In this document: piece after piece, positions 42,277 to 51,394 of the stretch
Numbering within the stretch: the stretch's first letter is position 1
How the letters are laid out: every line of letters begins with the position of its first letter
NCBI GenBank assembly: GCA_003220595.1
Contig: QHSZ01000023.1
Span: forward strand, 3,271-67,270
Length of the DNA stretch: 64,000 bases
Reading direction: 5' to 3'
Source: Candidatus Rokuibacteriota bacterium
GTDB taxonomy: Bacteria; Methylomirabilota; Methylomirabilia; Rokubacteriales; CSP1-6
Notes under the pieces: generated by a model
Seen by the model: only the letters and a program-made list of their open reading frames with translations
Database searches by the model: none
Told to the model about the DNA's origin: nothing
Made by a program: the position numbers and the translations under genes

Positions 42277-43668
42277 TCACGCCGACCGCTGGGCGAGCGA
42301 GCCCTTCATCAGGGTGTAGACCACGAACGAGATGCCGAGGTCCATCGAGATCCCGGTGAAGGTCCGCACCCACCAGTACGGGCGGATCGCGGTGACCGTT
42401 TCGAGGAACTCGCTCTGCGCCATCAGCATGAAGCCCTGCTGGAGCCCCTGGGCACTGAGGACGAGCCCCATCGCCGAGATACCCAGCGTGATGAGCCAGA
42501 ACCCCCAGTTCCCGAGTTTGAAGCTCCAGATCGGAGAGCCCGTGATCCGCGGCCAGACGTAGACCGCGCCGGCGATGGCCCAGATGACGAACGTGCCGAA
42601 GACGGTGAGGTGCGAGTGGGAGATCACGAAGTCGGTGAAGTGGGTCGGCTGCTGGAGCGCGCGCAGCGCCTCCAGCGAGCCCTGGAGGCACCCGAGGAGG
42701 TACATGATGGACCCGATGATCAGGAACTTCGCCGGGAGGTTCCGACCGAACTCCTGCCACTGGCCGAGCATGGTGCCGAAGAAGTTCTGGAGCACCGTCC
42801 ACACCGGGATGATCAGCATCATGGAGGAGACGATGGCGATCGTCTCGGCCCAGTCGGCGATCGGCGAGTAGAGGTAGTGGTGGATGCCGACGAACGGGTA
42901 AAAGAACGCGAGCGACCAGAACCCGATCAGCGACAGCTTGTGACTGTAGATGGGGTTCCGGACGCTCGCGGGCAGGAAGTAGTAGATCAGCACGTAGCCG
43001 GCCGGCGTGATCCAGAGCCCGACGACGTAGTGGATGAACAGGCCGTGCCAGGCCGCGTTGTTGATACCCGGGATGTTGTACGGGCCCAGGATGAGGAGGA
43101 CGAGGTTCACGTCCGTCCAGATGAAGGCCGCGATGAGATACCACAGGGAGACGTAGAGCGGCGCCTCCCGGCGGTTCTTGATCGTCACCAGGAACTGCAC
43201 GGTCAGGGCGAGGACCGCCAGGAAGATGACGATGACGTTGACCAGTGCGAACTCCCCGGCCTCCCAGCCCCGGTTGAAGCCGGCGGCGAGGAGGATGACG
43301 GCCACGGCCAGGTTCAGGTTCCAGACCCAGAGCAGCCCATGGCTCCAGCGCTCGTTCCACAGCCTCACGCCGCAGAGGCGCGGCACGATGTAGTGGCAGA
43401 GGCCAATGAAGAGCGTGGAGAACGCGCCCCAGATCACGCCGTTGACGTGGATCGGGCGGAGCCGGCCGAAGGTGAGCCAGGCCTGGTCGCCCAGGAATTC
43501 CGGGTACGTGAACTTGGTGGACAGGACGACGCCCAGCGTCGGGAAGAAGAGGAGCCAGAAGAAGCCCCAGGCGAGCCACCGCCGGATCAGCGCCCGATCG
43601 ATGACGTCGTCGTTCAGGCGCTGCGCCTCGGCGACCCGCGCCTCCTGAACGCCTCCGGTACCGGCCAT
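42277..43668 (-). CDS. ccoN: cbb3-type cytochrome c oxidase subunit I CcoN
   Basis: 463 aa heme-copper oxidase subunit I with 12 TM segments, conserved His ligands (HVNGVIWG, HHYLY, SHSH) and the cbb3-specific YIVPRL...WHGLF pattern. Confidence 0.85.
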   Translation of the reverse strand: MAGTGGVQEARVAEAQRLNDDVIDRALIRRWLAWGFFWLLFFPTLGVVLSTKFTYPEFLGDQAWLTFGRLRPIHVNGVIWGAFSTLFIGLCHYIVPRLCGVRLWNERWSHGLLWVWNLNLAVAVILLAAGFNRGWEAGEFALVNVIVIFLAVLALTVQFLVTIKNRREAPLYVSLWYLIAAFIWTDVNLVLLILGPYNIPGINNAAWHGLFIHYVVGLWITPAGYVLIYYFLPASVRNPIYSHKLSLIGFWSLAFFYPFVGIHHYLYSPIADWAETIAIVSSMMLIIPVWTVLQNFFGTMLGQWQEFGRNLPAKFLIIGSIMYLLGCLQGSLEALRALQQPTHFTDFVISHSHLTVFGTFVIWAIAGAVYVWPRITGSPIWSFKLGNWGFWLITLGISAMGLVLSAQGLQQGFMLMAQSEFLETVTAIRPYWWVRTFTGISMDLGISFVVYTLMKGSLAQRSA

Positions 43669-43715
43669 GCTCGGTCTCCTATGAAGAGGTCACGACCGCG
43701 ACAGTCGCCTAGATA

Positions 43716-44555
43716 TCATGAGAAGCGGATCGGATGCACGGCCTCGAATCGCTGCCCGCGGTTGTTTGCGAGGACCACCCGCAACAGGTCCTCTCCCGGC
43801 GCGCGGAGCCTGAACGCGATCCAGGGATTATCGCTGAGCGCCGAGGTCAGCGTGAAGCGGCTGATCGGCTGGTCTCCGTAGAAGACGTCCATCTGGCTCA
43901 GGTAGAGGGGGTCCCCCGCCTGGACGAACTTCCCCTCCCGGACCTCCAGGCCCGTTCGGCTCGGATGCTTGGTCTTGATCTGGATGTCGATCGTCTGGTG
44001 AGGGCCGATGCTGCCTTCGGCGATCAGCTGCGGTATCCGGATCGTGGGCGGACCGATCTCGTCGGGGCCCGTCCTGCCTGGCGGCGGCGCGGTCCCCGCA
44101 CAGCCACCGCCGCCCTCCGGGATCGTGATGGACCGCGTGCTGTGCCAGCGAACGTGGCGGCTGCACTCGGCCGTCGCCACGACGTCGGAGGCGCCACGAT
44201 CGAGGCGGATCTGGAAGGCGAGATAGACCTGGCCGTTCAGCGGCGTGAAGTGGAAGACGCCCTTCAGGGGAACGGGATCGCGCTCGTTCATGACGCTGAC
44301 GCTGCTCACGTAGTGACCGGGTTCCATCGGATGGGACATCTCGACGGTGACCGGGACCTTGGCTCCGTTGCTCGTGAAGACGGGCAGCGTGAGCGCGAGC
44401 GCATCGGGATCGTCGCCGGGTGAGCGCGTCGGCTCGCCGCGCCCCCAGGCGCCGCGAGGTCCTCCCGCCGCGATCAGCCCCACGGCCGCCGGCAGCGCGC
44501 CCAGGAAGCTCCGCCTGGACACGAGCCGCGGCCGTGAGGCGACGTGCGGTGTCAT
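43716..44555 (-). CDS. soxYZ: Tat-exported SoxY-SoxZ fusion (thiosulfate-oxidation carrier protein)
   Basis: Twin-arginine signal SRRSFLGALPAAVGLIAAG. The SoxY-like domain (...AKVPVTVEMSHPMEPGHYVSSVSVMNERDPVPLKGVFHFTP...) ends in the carrier-Cys motif GGGGC. A Pro/Gly linker follows, then a SoxZ-like Ig fold (...TIDIQIKTKHPSRTGLE...SQMDVFYGDQPISRFTLT...). Confidence 0.6.
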   Translation of the reverse strand: MTPHVASRPRLVSRRSFLGALPAAVGLIAAGGPRGAWGRGEPTRSPGDDPDALALTLPVFTSNGAKVPVTVEMSHPMEPGHYVSSVSVMNERDPVPLKGVFHFTPLNGQVYLAFQIRLDRGASDVVATAECSRHVRWHSTRSITIPEGGGGCAGTAPPPGRTGPDEIGPPTIRIPQLIAEGSIGPHQTIDIQIKTKHPSRTGLEVREGKFVQAGDPLYLSQMDVFYGDQPISRFTLTSALSDNPWIAFRLRAPGEDLLRVVLANNRGQRFEAVHPIRFS

Positions 44556-44577
44556 GGCCGACCGGGACGCCGCCGTC

Positions 44578-45039
44578 TCAGTGTCGGCCGGGATCGAGCT
44601 TGGACCCTCGGTTCGACCAGTAGATGTAGGCCTCCAGCGCCTTCATCGCGTCCCCGTCGGGGTCGATCTTCACCCCCTCGTTCGGCTTCTCGATGCACCA
44701 GTTGATCATGTCGCGCAGCGTCGCGAACTTGTTGATCTGCTCCTGGAACTTCGGGAACTCGTAGGGATGGTTGTCCGAGGCGAACGGATGGCACATGGCG
44801 CACGCCATCCCCGTCTTGGACAGCGTGACGCCGAGCCGCTTCTCGGTGGCGCCGTCCCCGTGGAAGAGCAGATCTCCGACCTTCACCTGCTCCATGAACA
44901 CGTCGTCGAAAGCCTTGAGCTGGTCAGGCGTGTGTTTCTCCTTGTGGGCCAGCGCCCGGTCCGTGCCCGAGGTCGCGAGCAGCAGAAGCAGGCCCAGGCC
45001 GACACCCAGCGCCGTCGACGCGTAGCGAGTCCTCTTCAT
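44578..45039 (-). CDS. periplasmic monoheme c-type cytochrome
   Basis: Signal peptide MKRTRYASTALGVGLGLLLLLATSG and a single CAMCH heme motif. A GGAGGAGGG ribosome-binding site lies upstream. Confidence 0.65.
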   Translation of the reverse strand: MKRTRYASTALGVGLGLLLLLATSGTDRALAHKEKHTPDQLKAFDDVFMEQVKVGDLLFHGDGATEKRLGVTLSKTGMACAMCHPFASDNHPYEFPKFQEQINKFATLRDMINWCIEKPNEGVKIDPDGDAMKALEAYIYWSNRGSKLDPGRH

Positions 45040-45077
45040 CGCCCTCCTCCCTCCCTGGGTGCGAGCCCCGCCGGTGC

Positions 45078-46193
45078 TCATTTGTAGGCGCCGTAGTACG
45101 GCCACTCGCGATCGGCGATGCGCGGTTGTAGCGTCTGGTTGATGTTGTCGGCGCACCCGGAGTCCCACGGCGCCTCCGCCAGGATGTCCTTCCGCCACAT
45201 CACGTACTCGTTCTCGAGCTTCTCGGCCGCGCTCACGGTGAGCCGGGACCAGCCGACGCCGTCGAAGTGGTCGCCGGGATCGACCCGCACCAGGCACCGG
45301 GTCAGCGCGGGCACGCCCTCGGGCGCGTAGGGCCACGTCCACGAGGTGGCCAGCATGCCGATCGAGCGCATCTTTCCGAGCTCGTTGTACAGCACCTGAT
45401 GCGTGTGACCGTGGACGTTGGTGACGTTGGTGTAGGCCTTGAGGACCTCGTGCACCTCGCGCCAGTCACGCACCCAGAAGTTCCAGGGCGGGTAGTACTC
45501 ATAGAGCGGGTTGTGGCTGAAGATGATCACGGGCTTGTCCTTGGGCCAGCTCCCGAGCGTGCGGTTCAGCCACTCGAGCTGATCACGGCCGACGCCGGCC
45601 CACGCCCCGGCCACCGAGCCGTCGAGCGTCGCCATGTGGCCCATCCGCTCCTTGGCCGTCATCTTCTTGGCGGTCCAGTAGTCGGGACCGCGGCTGACCG
45701 TGTCGAGGCCGACGAAGCGCACGCCCTTGTGGTCGAAGGTCCAGTTCGGTGCGCCGAAGAGCTGCCGCCACTTGGCGCCCATGTCGAAGTACCAGTCATG
45801 CTCTCCGGGGATGTACACCTTCTTGATCTTCAGCTCCTTGAGGATGTCGTTGCCGAGGCCCAGCTCGACCGGATCGCCGAGCTGGGCTAGATCACCCCCG
45901 TGGATCAGGAAGTCGGCCGGGGGCGACATGGCCTGCACGTCCTTGACCGCGCGGGTGGCCTTGTCGACGAACCGGGTGTTGACGTCCTTGGGATAGAGAT
46001 GGTTGTCGGAGATCCAGGCGAACTTGAACGCTTCGGCGCCGAACGCCACGTCGAGCGTGTTGATGAGGGGGAACCACCCGTACGTCGCCGCGCCCGCGGC
46101 CCCCGCGAGCACCGATTTGTGGAGGAAGATGCGGCGCGTGATACCGAGCGAGGGATCGGGCCGCTCGCCCGGTCGCCTCAGCTCCCGGTCCAT
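45078..46193 (-). CDS. Tat-exported calcineurin-like metallophosphoesterase
   Basis: Twin-arginine leader ITRRIFLHKSVLAGAAGAATYG. Metallophosphoesterase motifs GDLAQ / GEHD / FSHNP / HGHTHQ. Confidence 0.65.
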   Translation of the reverse strand: MDRELRRPGERPDPSLGITRRIFLHKSVLAGAAGAATYGWFPLINTLDVAFGAEAFKFAWISDNHLYPKDVNTRFVDKATRAVKDVQAMSPPADFLIHGGDLAQLGDPVELGLGNDILKELKIKKVYIPGEHDWYFDMGAKWRQLFGAPNWTFDHKGVRFVGLDTVSRGPDYWTAKKMTAKERMGHMATLDGSVAGAWAGVGRDQLEWLNRTLGSWPKDKPVIIFSHNPLYEYYPPWNFWVRDWREVHEVLKAYTNVTNVHGHTHQVLYNELGKMRSIGMLATSWTWPYAPEGVPALTRCLVRVDPGDHFDGVGWSRLTVSAAEKLENEYVMWRKDILAEAPWDSGCADNINQTLQPRIADREWPYYGAYK

Positions 46194-46352
46194 CTCGCGC
46201 CGCGTCGCTCGGATCTCGCCGGACGCGCGCGCCTTCCGCCACCAAGCCCTCCGAGACGTTTCTCTGGCGAGCTCGAGTCGATCATGGTCGTCCACTGCGG
46301 TCGCCTCCTTCCCACCGCCAGGCAGTCGTGCCGGACGGAAGCCAGTGTGGCC

Positions 46353-47096
46353 CTACTTCTTCAGCTCCACCGTAACGGGCACCACCTCCTTGGCGTTCAC
46401 GCTCACGGGAATCTCGACCTCGCCCGCGTACTCCTGCCACGTCACGAGCGTATAGGAGCCGGGCGGGACGTCCTTGATCGTGAACGTCCCGTCCTTCGCC
46501 GTCACCGCGTAGTAGGGGTTGTCCGCGACGTAGACCCAGCCGAGCATCCAGCCGTGGGCGTCGCACTCTACGCGGACGAGCCCCGGCTTCTTGAGCGGCC
46601 GCCTGATCCGCTGGTCCTGGTTCGGCAGGGCCACGTTGAACGCAGTGAGCTTGCCGTAGAAGCCGTGCGTGTTGTGGAGGACCGGATCCGAGTTGACGAT
46701 CTCGAAGTCGCCGGCCGGGATGATCTGCACGTGCGGTCGAAAGTCGCACTTGACGTTGTCGATGTGCGGGACGCCCGCAGCCTTCTCCCAACCCTTGCCC
46801 TTCTCGACGGATTTCAGATAGACGACCGCGTCCTCGACCGCCTTATCGGGGCCGACCAGGATCTGATCCACCTCGCGCACGCCGCTGCCGCACACCTCCC
46901 GATCCTTGGTCGGGATGACCTTTCGCTTGGGCGGCGCGCTCCCCTGGAAGACCACCTTGCCCTTGATGGTGCCGCCGCCGCTGACGTCCACGACCTCGTA
47001 CGGCAGTGCGGGAGTGGCCACGCCGATCACCAACGCCACGACCGCGAGCGCCACGAACGTGAGCAGCGCCGTCGCCATGCGGGTACGCGTCCTCAC
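46353..47096 (-). CDS. secreted cupredoxin-like (type-1 copper) domain protein
   Basis: Signal peptide. Candidate copper ligands are His in HNTHGF and the ECDAHGWM block (Cys-x2-His-x2-Met spacing, as in plastocyanin/amicyanin), followed by a C-terminal Ig-like beta-sandwich. Confidence 0.4.
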   Translation of the reverse strand: MRTRTRMATALLTFVALAVVALVIGVATPALPYEVVDVSGGGTIKGKVVFQGSAPPKRKVIPTKDREVCGSGVREVDQILVGPDKAVEDAVVYLKSVEKGKGWEKAAGVPHIDNVKCDFRPHVQIIPAGDFEIVNSDPVLHNTHGFYGKLTAFNVALPNQDQRIRRPLKKPGLVRVECDAHGWMLGWVYVADNPYYAVTAKDGTFTIKDVPPGSYTLVTWQEYAGEVEIPVSVNAKEVVPVTVELKK

Positions 47097-47127
47097 TCCG
47101 GCTCTCCTTTGTGGAGCGCGCCCGTGC

Positions 47128-47949
47128 TCAGAGATGGGCGGACGGGCGCGGCAATGGCTCGAGCTTCTCCTCGGGCGCGTGACACACGTGACAGGCCCGC
47201 TCTCCGATCTCCGAGACGAGCGTGTAGCCGGCGCCCTGGGACCGCCAGACGACCACGTCGTAGCCGCGGTGGCTCACCACCTTGAACCGCGGCTTCTCCC
47301 TCAGCTGGAGGCGGCGGTAGGCCTCCTCCGGGATGATGAAGAGCGAGACGTTGTTGCCGTCGAGCTGATACTCGAGCGCCGCCACCTCGATCTCTCCGAG
47401 GTGCGAGATCCGCCCTCCGAGGAAGCGCAGGCCCTCGGTCTTCAGATCCGGGAGACTCACGTTGAAGGTGAGCCGCTGCCTGAACCACTCCTCGGCCGCC
47501 TTCGGCGACACGTCCCTGATGTCGGGCGGCAGGAGGTTGCGGACCAGCTTCTGGTGCTGCTCCACCGCGGCCCCCGCGAGCTCGGGGAGCGTGATCCGGG
47601 TACCGAGGTACGCTTTCAGTGCCATCCCGGCGCCCAGACCAACGGCGACCAGAAGCGCGGCGGCGATCGCGAGAACGAGGGGCGTCAGCCGGCGCCGTCC
47701 GTGCCTTGCCCGCTGGCCATGGCCGAGGTCCCGGAGCAGCGTGGCCACGTGCTCGCGGACCCGCTCGGGGGCTGGGTCCGGGCGCAACCGCTCCCCGTAC
47801 GCTTCCCGGAACGCGACCTCGAAGTCGACGAGCCGTCGACAGGCGGTGCAGTGCGCCAGATGCGTGTCGACCTGGTCCCGCAGCTCCGGCGTCAGCTCCC
47901 CGTCGACGTAGGGAAACAGCTTGGATTTCGCCGTACTACAGTCCATCAC
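47128..47949 (-). CDS. anti-sigma factor (ZAS-type zinc-binding, membrane-spanning)
   Basis: N-terminal H-x3-C-x2-C (HLAHCTACRRL), a central TM helix, and a periplasmic C-terminal domain. It overlaps the 3' end of the ECF sigma gene. Confidence 0.65.
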   Translation of the reverse strand: MMDCSTAKSKLFPYVDGELTPELRDQVDTHLAHCTACRRLVDFEVAFREAYGERLRPDPAPERVREHVATLLRDLGHGQRARHGRRRLTPLVLAIAAALLVAVGLGAGMALKAYLGTRITLPELAGAAVEQHQKLVRNLLPPDIRDVSPKAAEEWFRQRLTFNVSLPDLKTEGLRFLGGRISHLGEIEVAALEYQLDGNNVSLFIIPEEAYRRLQLREKPRFKVVSHRGYDVVVWRSQGAGYTLVSEIGERACHVCHAPEEKLEPLPRPSAHL

Positions 47950-48517
47950 TTCTCACGCCCACGCCTTTCTCGCCGGGCCGCTGGGGGAGCTCCACGAGAT
48001 ACGTTCGAAGCAAGTTCCTGCCACGGTAGAGCCGAGACATGACGGTGCCGATCGGACGGCTCACGATGGCCGCGATCTCGCGGTACGCCAGCCCCTCGAT
48101 GTCGCGAAGCTCGACCACTTCCCGGAGGAGCGGGGGCAGGCGGCGGATCGCCTCACGGACCTGCTCGACGGTCTCGCGCCGAACCAGGATGTCCTCCGGG
48201 GCGAGCGGGATTGAACAGAGGGGACTTTCCATGGAGACCACTGGCTCCACTTCCTCGTCGCGCCCCAGAGGCTCTTCCGAGGGCCGCACCCGCTGCCGTC
48301 GCTGACGGTCGATCTGAGCATTCCTGATGATCGTGAAGATCCACGGCTTAAAGCTCTGGGCCCGGTCGAACGTGTGGAAGCCGTCGTAGGCGCGCACGAG
48401 GCTTTCCTGGAGGAGGTCTTCGGCGGCCTCGACCTGACGCGTCAGCACGAGGGCGTAGTTGTACAGGGAATCGAGATACTTTCGGACAAGATCCTGAAAC
48501 TCGGACCCCCTGTCCAC
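47936..48517 (-). CDS. ECF-type RNA polymerase sigma factor (sigma-70 family, group 4)
   Basis: 193 aa with region 2 (LVLTRQVEAAEDLLQESLVRAY...FKPWIFTIIRNAQIDRQR) and region 4 (LREVVELRDIEGLAYREIAAIV...GTVMSRLYRGRNLL). Confidence 0.85.
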   Translation of the reverse strand: MDRGSEFQDLVRKYLDSLYNYALVLTRQVEAAEDLLQESLVRAYDGFHTFDRAQSFKPWIFTIIRNAQIDRQRRQRVRPSEEPLGRDEEVEPVVSMESPLCSIPLAPEDILVRRETVEQVREAIRRLPPLLREVVELRDIEGLAYREIAAIVSRPIGTVMSRLYRGRNLLRTYLVELPQRPGEKGVGVRSDGL

Positions 48518-48591
48518 AGATCTCCCCGGTCCTGCTTTCGTATGACTTACTACGTACTACGTACGGGAGGCCGACTTATTCCCTGGGGGGC

Positions 48592-48597
48592 GATTAT
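48592..48597 (-). promoter_or_regulatory. candidate -10 (TATAAT on minus strand) ~75 nt upstream of the ECF sigma gene
   Basis: Perfect TATAAT. The downstream 5' leader carries a GTACGTAGTACGTAG tandem/palindromic repeat. Confidence 0.25.
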
Positions 48598-48645
48598 AGG
48601 ATGGGTCCGGCCGCCCTCCGCGGGGGGCGGTCACGCGGACGCGTG

Positions 48646-48670
48646 CAGGAAAACCCGAACGGGGCTCGGG
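48646..48670 (-). terminator. intrinsic terminator after htpX (minus strand)
   Basis: On the minus strand: CCCGAGC-CCCGT-TCGGG hairpin followed by TTTTCC, about 15 nt after the htpX stop. Confidence 0.5.
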
Positions 48671-48684
48671 CGGTCTGGCGTCGG

Positions 48685-49536
48685 TTAAGGCCGCATCGCC
48701 CGAAGGCGCGCGATACGCTCCTCGATGGGCGGGTGCGTCGAGAAAAGGCGCATCAGCGAGCTGCCGCTCAGCGGGTTGACGATGAAGAGGTGCGCCGTCG
48801 ACGGGTTGGCCGGCATCGGCAGCCGCTCGTTCGCCATCTCGAGCTTCTCGAGCGCCTTCGCGAGGCCCCACGGCTTGCCGGCGATCCGGGCCCCCGTCGC
48901 GTCGGCCTGGAACTCGCGCGCGCGCGAGACGGCGAGCTGGACCAGCAGGGCGGCGATCGGGGCGAGCACCGCCATGAGGATCAGCGCGAACGGGTTCCCG
49001 CCGCCCTCCTCGTCGTCGCTGCTGCGGCCGCCACCCCAGAGCGCGGCCCACTGCGCCATGTGCGCGAGGTACGTGATGGCCCCCGCGAGGGTCGCCGCGA
49101 TCGTCGAGACGAGGACGTCGCGGTTCTTCACGTGCGAGAGCTCGTGCGCGAGCACGCCCTCGAGCTCCTCGTCGTCGAGGATCCGGAGGATGCCCTCGGT
49201 CACGGCGACGGCGGCGTGCGTCGGGTTGCGGCCCGTCGCGAAGGCGTTCGGCGTGTCGGTCGGGATGAGGTAGACCGGCGGCATCGGGATGCCGGCGCGC
49301 AGGGTGAGGCGCCGGAGAATCGCGTGGACGTTGGGCGCCTGCGCCTCGTCGATCCGCTTGGCGCCGTACATGGACAGCACGATCTTGTCGGAGAACCAGT
49401 AGCTGAAGAAATTCATCAGCAGCGCCAGTGCGAAGGCGATCAGCATGCCCTGACGGCCACCGAGCGCACCCCCGAAGAGCACCAGCATGATCGTGAGGAC
49501 GGCGAGGAGCACCGCGGTCTTGAACATGTTCGACAT
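48685..49536 (-). CDS. htpX: zinc metalloprotease HtpX (peptidase M48)
   Basis: [10 protein letters not shown] zinc motif, 4 TM helices and a glycine-rich loop. Confidence 0.9.
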   Translation of the reverse strand: MSNMFKTAVLLAVLTIMLVLFGGALGGRQGMLIAFALALLMNFFSYWFSDKIVLSMYGAKRIDEAQAPNVHAILRRLTLRAGIPMPPVYLIPTDTPNAFATGRNPTHAAVAVTEGILRILDDEELEGVLAHELSHVKNRDVLVSTIAATLAGAITYLAHMAQWAALWGGGRSSDDEEGGGNPFALILMAVLAPIAALLVQLAVSRAREFQADATGARIAGKPWGLAKALEKLEMANERLPMPANPSTAHLFIVNPLSGSSLMRLFSTHPPIEERIARLRAMRP

Positions 49537-49576
49537 GGCTGAAGGGTAACAAACAGGTGGGGACCGGTCAAATGCC

Positions 49577-49605
49577 TTGACTTGGGCGAACGCCGTCGAT
49601 ATACT
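49577..49605 (+). promoter_or_regulatory. near-consensus sigma-70 promoter (TTGACT-N17-TATACT) for the yceD-rpmF-plsX-fab operon
   Basis: Read directly from the sequence, in an AT-rich patch between htpX and yceD. Confidence 0.6.
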
Positions 49606-49652
49606 GGCCCCGTTTAGTGAAAAAATCTTTTATTCACAGAGACTTAGAGACC

Positions 49653-50159
49653 ATGCGCATCCGGGTTTCCGACATCCAGGAAGACGGCCTGATGGTCGAC
49701 CACGTGACCGCCGTCGGCTCGTTCTCCGACCCGGCTTGGCGGCTCGATGCGGTCTCGCTCCGGGTCCTACGCGAGCACGTCGACGTCCTCGTCTCGGGCG
49801 AAGTCCTGGCGACCGTGCCCCAGCTCTGCGGGCGCTGCCTCGAGCCGTTCCCGGCGGACGTCCGCGCCGCCGTGGACGTGCGCCTGATCCCGCGCCCCGC
49901 GACGGCGGACAACGTCGAGCTCGCCCCCGACGACCTCGACGTGGACTTCTACCAGAACGACGAGCTGGACCTTGGGGCACTCGTCGAGGCCGAGACGACC
50001 CTCGCGCTTCCGATGAAACCGCTGTGCCGCGACGACTGCCGGGGTCTCTGCCCCGTCTGCGGCGGCAACCGGAACGTGGTCGCTTGCGCGTGCAGCGAGC
50101 GTGCGCCCGACCCGCGGCTGACCGTCCTCAAGGACCTGGCCACGCGACTCTCACACTAG
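49653..50159 (+). CDS. yceD: YceD/DUF177 family protein (23S rRNA accumulation protein)
   Basis: Conserved position upstream of rpmF, with C-terminal CxxC...CxxC. An alternative upstream start at 49617 is possible. Confidence 0.7.
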   Translation: MRIRVSDIQEDGLMVDHVTAVGSFSDPAWRLDAVSLRVLREHVDVLVSGEVLATVPQLCGRCLEPFPADVRAAVDVRLIPRPATADNVELAPDDLDVDFYQNDELDLGALVEAETTLALPMKPLCRDDCRGLCPVCGGNRNVVACACSERAPDPRLTVLKDLATRLSH

Positions 50160-50171
50160 AGGGGATCCTCC

Positions 50172-50354
50172 ATGCCGCTGCCGAAGCGACGCCACTCGAA
50201 GACGCGCGGGCGCAAGCGCCGGACGCACTACAAGCTCACGGCGCCGACGCGGTCGCTGTGCCCGCAGTGCCGTGAGGTGAAGCTACCGCACCGGGTCTGC
50301 CCGCACTGCGGTTACTACAAAGGCCGGGAGATCGTCGCGGTCGAAGGGACGTAA
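50172..50354 (+). CDS. rpmF: 50S ribosomal protein L32
   Basis: [22 protein letters not shown]...CPQC...[13 protein letters not shown]. Confidence 0.9.
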   Translation: MPLPKRRHSKTRGRKRRTHYKLTAPTRSLCPQCREVKLPHRVCPHCGYYKGREIVAVEGT

Positions 50355-50374
50355 GCGGTCAGGCGCCAGGCGCG

Positions 50375-51394
50375 ATGAAGATCGCCGTTGACGCCATGGG
50401 GGGCGACCGCGGCCCCGCCGTCGTCGTGGAGGGCGCGGTGGCCGCGGTCCGCGAGTTCGGCGCGTCCGTCGTCCTCGTCGGCGACCGGGCCGCCATCGAG
50501 CGCGAGATCCTGCGCCTCCAGGCGCAGAACCTCGGCATCGAGATCGCCCACGCCTCGCAGGTCGTCGGCATGGCCGAGAGCCCGTCGCACGCGCTCCGCC
50601 GCAAGCGCGACTCGTCGCTCAAGGTCGCCGCCGAGCTCGTCAAGGACGGCAAGGCCTCGGGGTTCATCTCGGCCGGGAACACCGGCGCCGCCATGGCCAT
50701 CTCGATGTTCGTGATCGGCGTGCTGCCGGGCGTGGACCGCCCCGCCATCGCCGCGGTGCTCCCGAACCTCCGCAAGTTCACGATCCTGCTCGACGCGGGC
50801 GCCAACGTCGACCCGAAGCCCTGGCACCTCCTCCAGTTCGCCGTCATGGGCCACGTCTACGCGCGCGACATCCTCGGGCTCGACAGCCCGCGCGTGGGGC
50901 TCCTCTCCGTCGGCGAGGAGGAGGGGAAGGGCAACGAGCTGACGAAGGAGACCTACGACCTCCTGAAGGACTCCTCGCTCAACTTCCTCGGCAACGTCGA
51001 GGGGCGCGACATCTACAACGGCCGCTGCGACGTCGTGGTGACCGACGGCTTCACCGGCAACGTGGCGCTCAAGATCTCCGAGAGCCTGGCCGAGATGCTG
51101 GGCAGCATGATCAAGGAGGAGCTCTTCCGCGACACGCGCTCGAAGCTCGGCGCCGCCCTCGCGATGCCCGCCTTCGAGCGGTTCCGGCGCCGCATCGACT
51201 ACACGGAGGTGGGCGGCGCGCCCCTGCTCGGCATTGACGGCGTCGCGATCATCTGTCACGGTGCGTCGCCGGTGAAGGCGATCAAGAACGCGGTGCGGGT
51301 CGCGCGCGAGTGGGCCAGCGCCGGGCTGAACGAGCACATCAAGGCCGCGATCGAGGCCGAGGTGGCGCGCGGGGGCCGGGAGGAGCGCGAATGA
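50375..51394 (+). CDS. plsX: phosphate acyltransferase PlsX
   Basis: MKIAVDAMGGDRGP... Confidence 0.9.
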   Translation: MKIAVDAMGGDRGPAVVVEGAVAAVREFGASVVLVGDRAAIEREILRLQAQNLGIEIAHASQVVGMAESPSHALRRKRDSSLKVAAELVKDGKASGFISAGNTGAAMAISMFVIGVLPGVDRPAIAAVLPNLRKFTILLDAGANVDPKPWHLLQFAVMGHVYARDILGLDSPRVGLLSVGEEEGKGNELTKETYDLLKDSSLNFLGNVEGRDIYNGRCDVVVTDGFTGNVALKISESLAEMLGSMIKEELFRDTRSKLGAALAMPAFERFRRRIDYTEVGGAPLLGIDGVAIICHGASPVKAIKNAVRVAREWASAGLNEHIKAAIEAEVARGGREERE

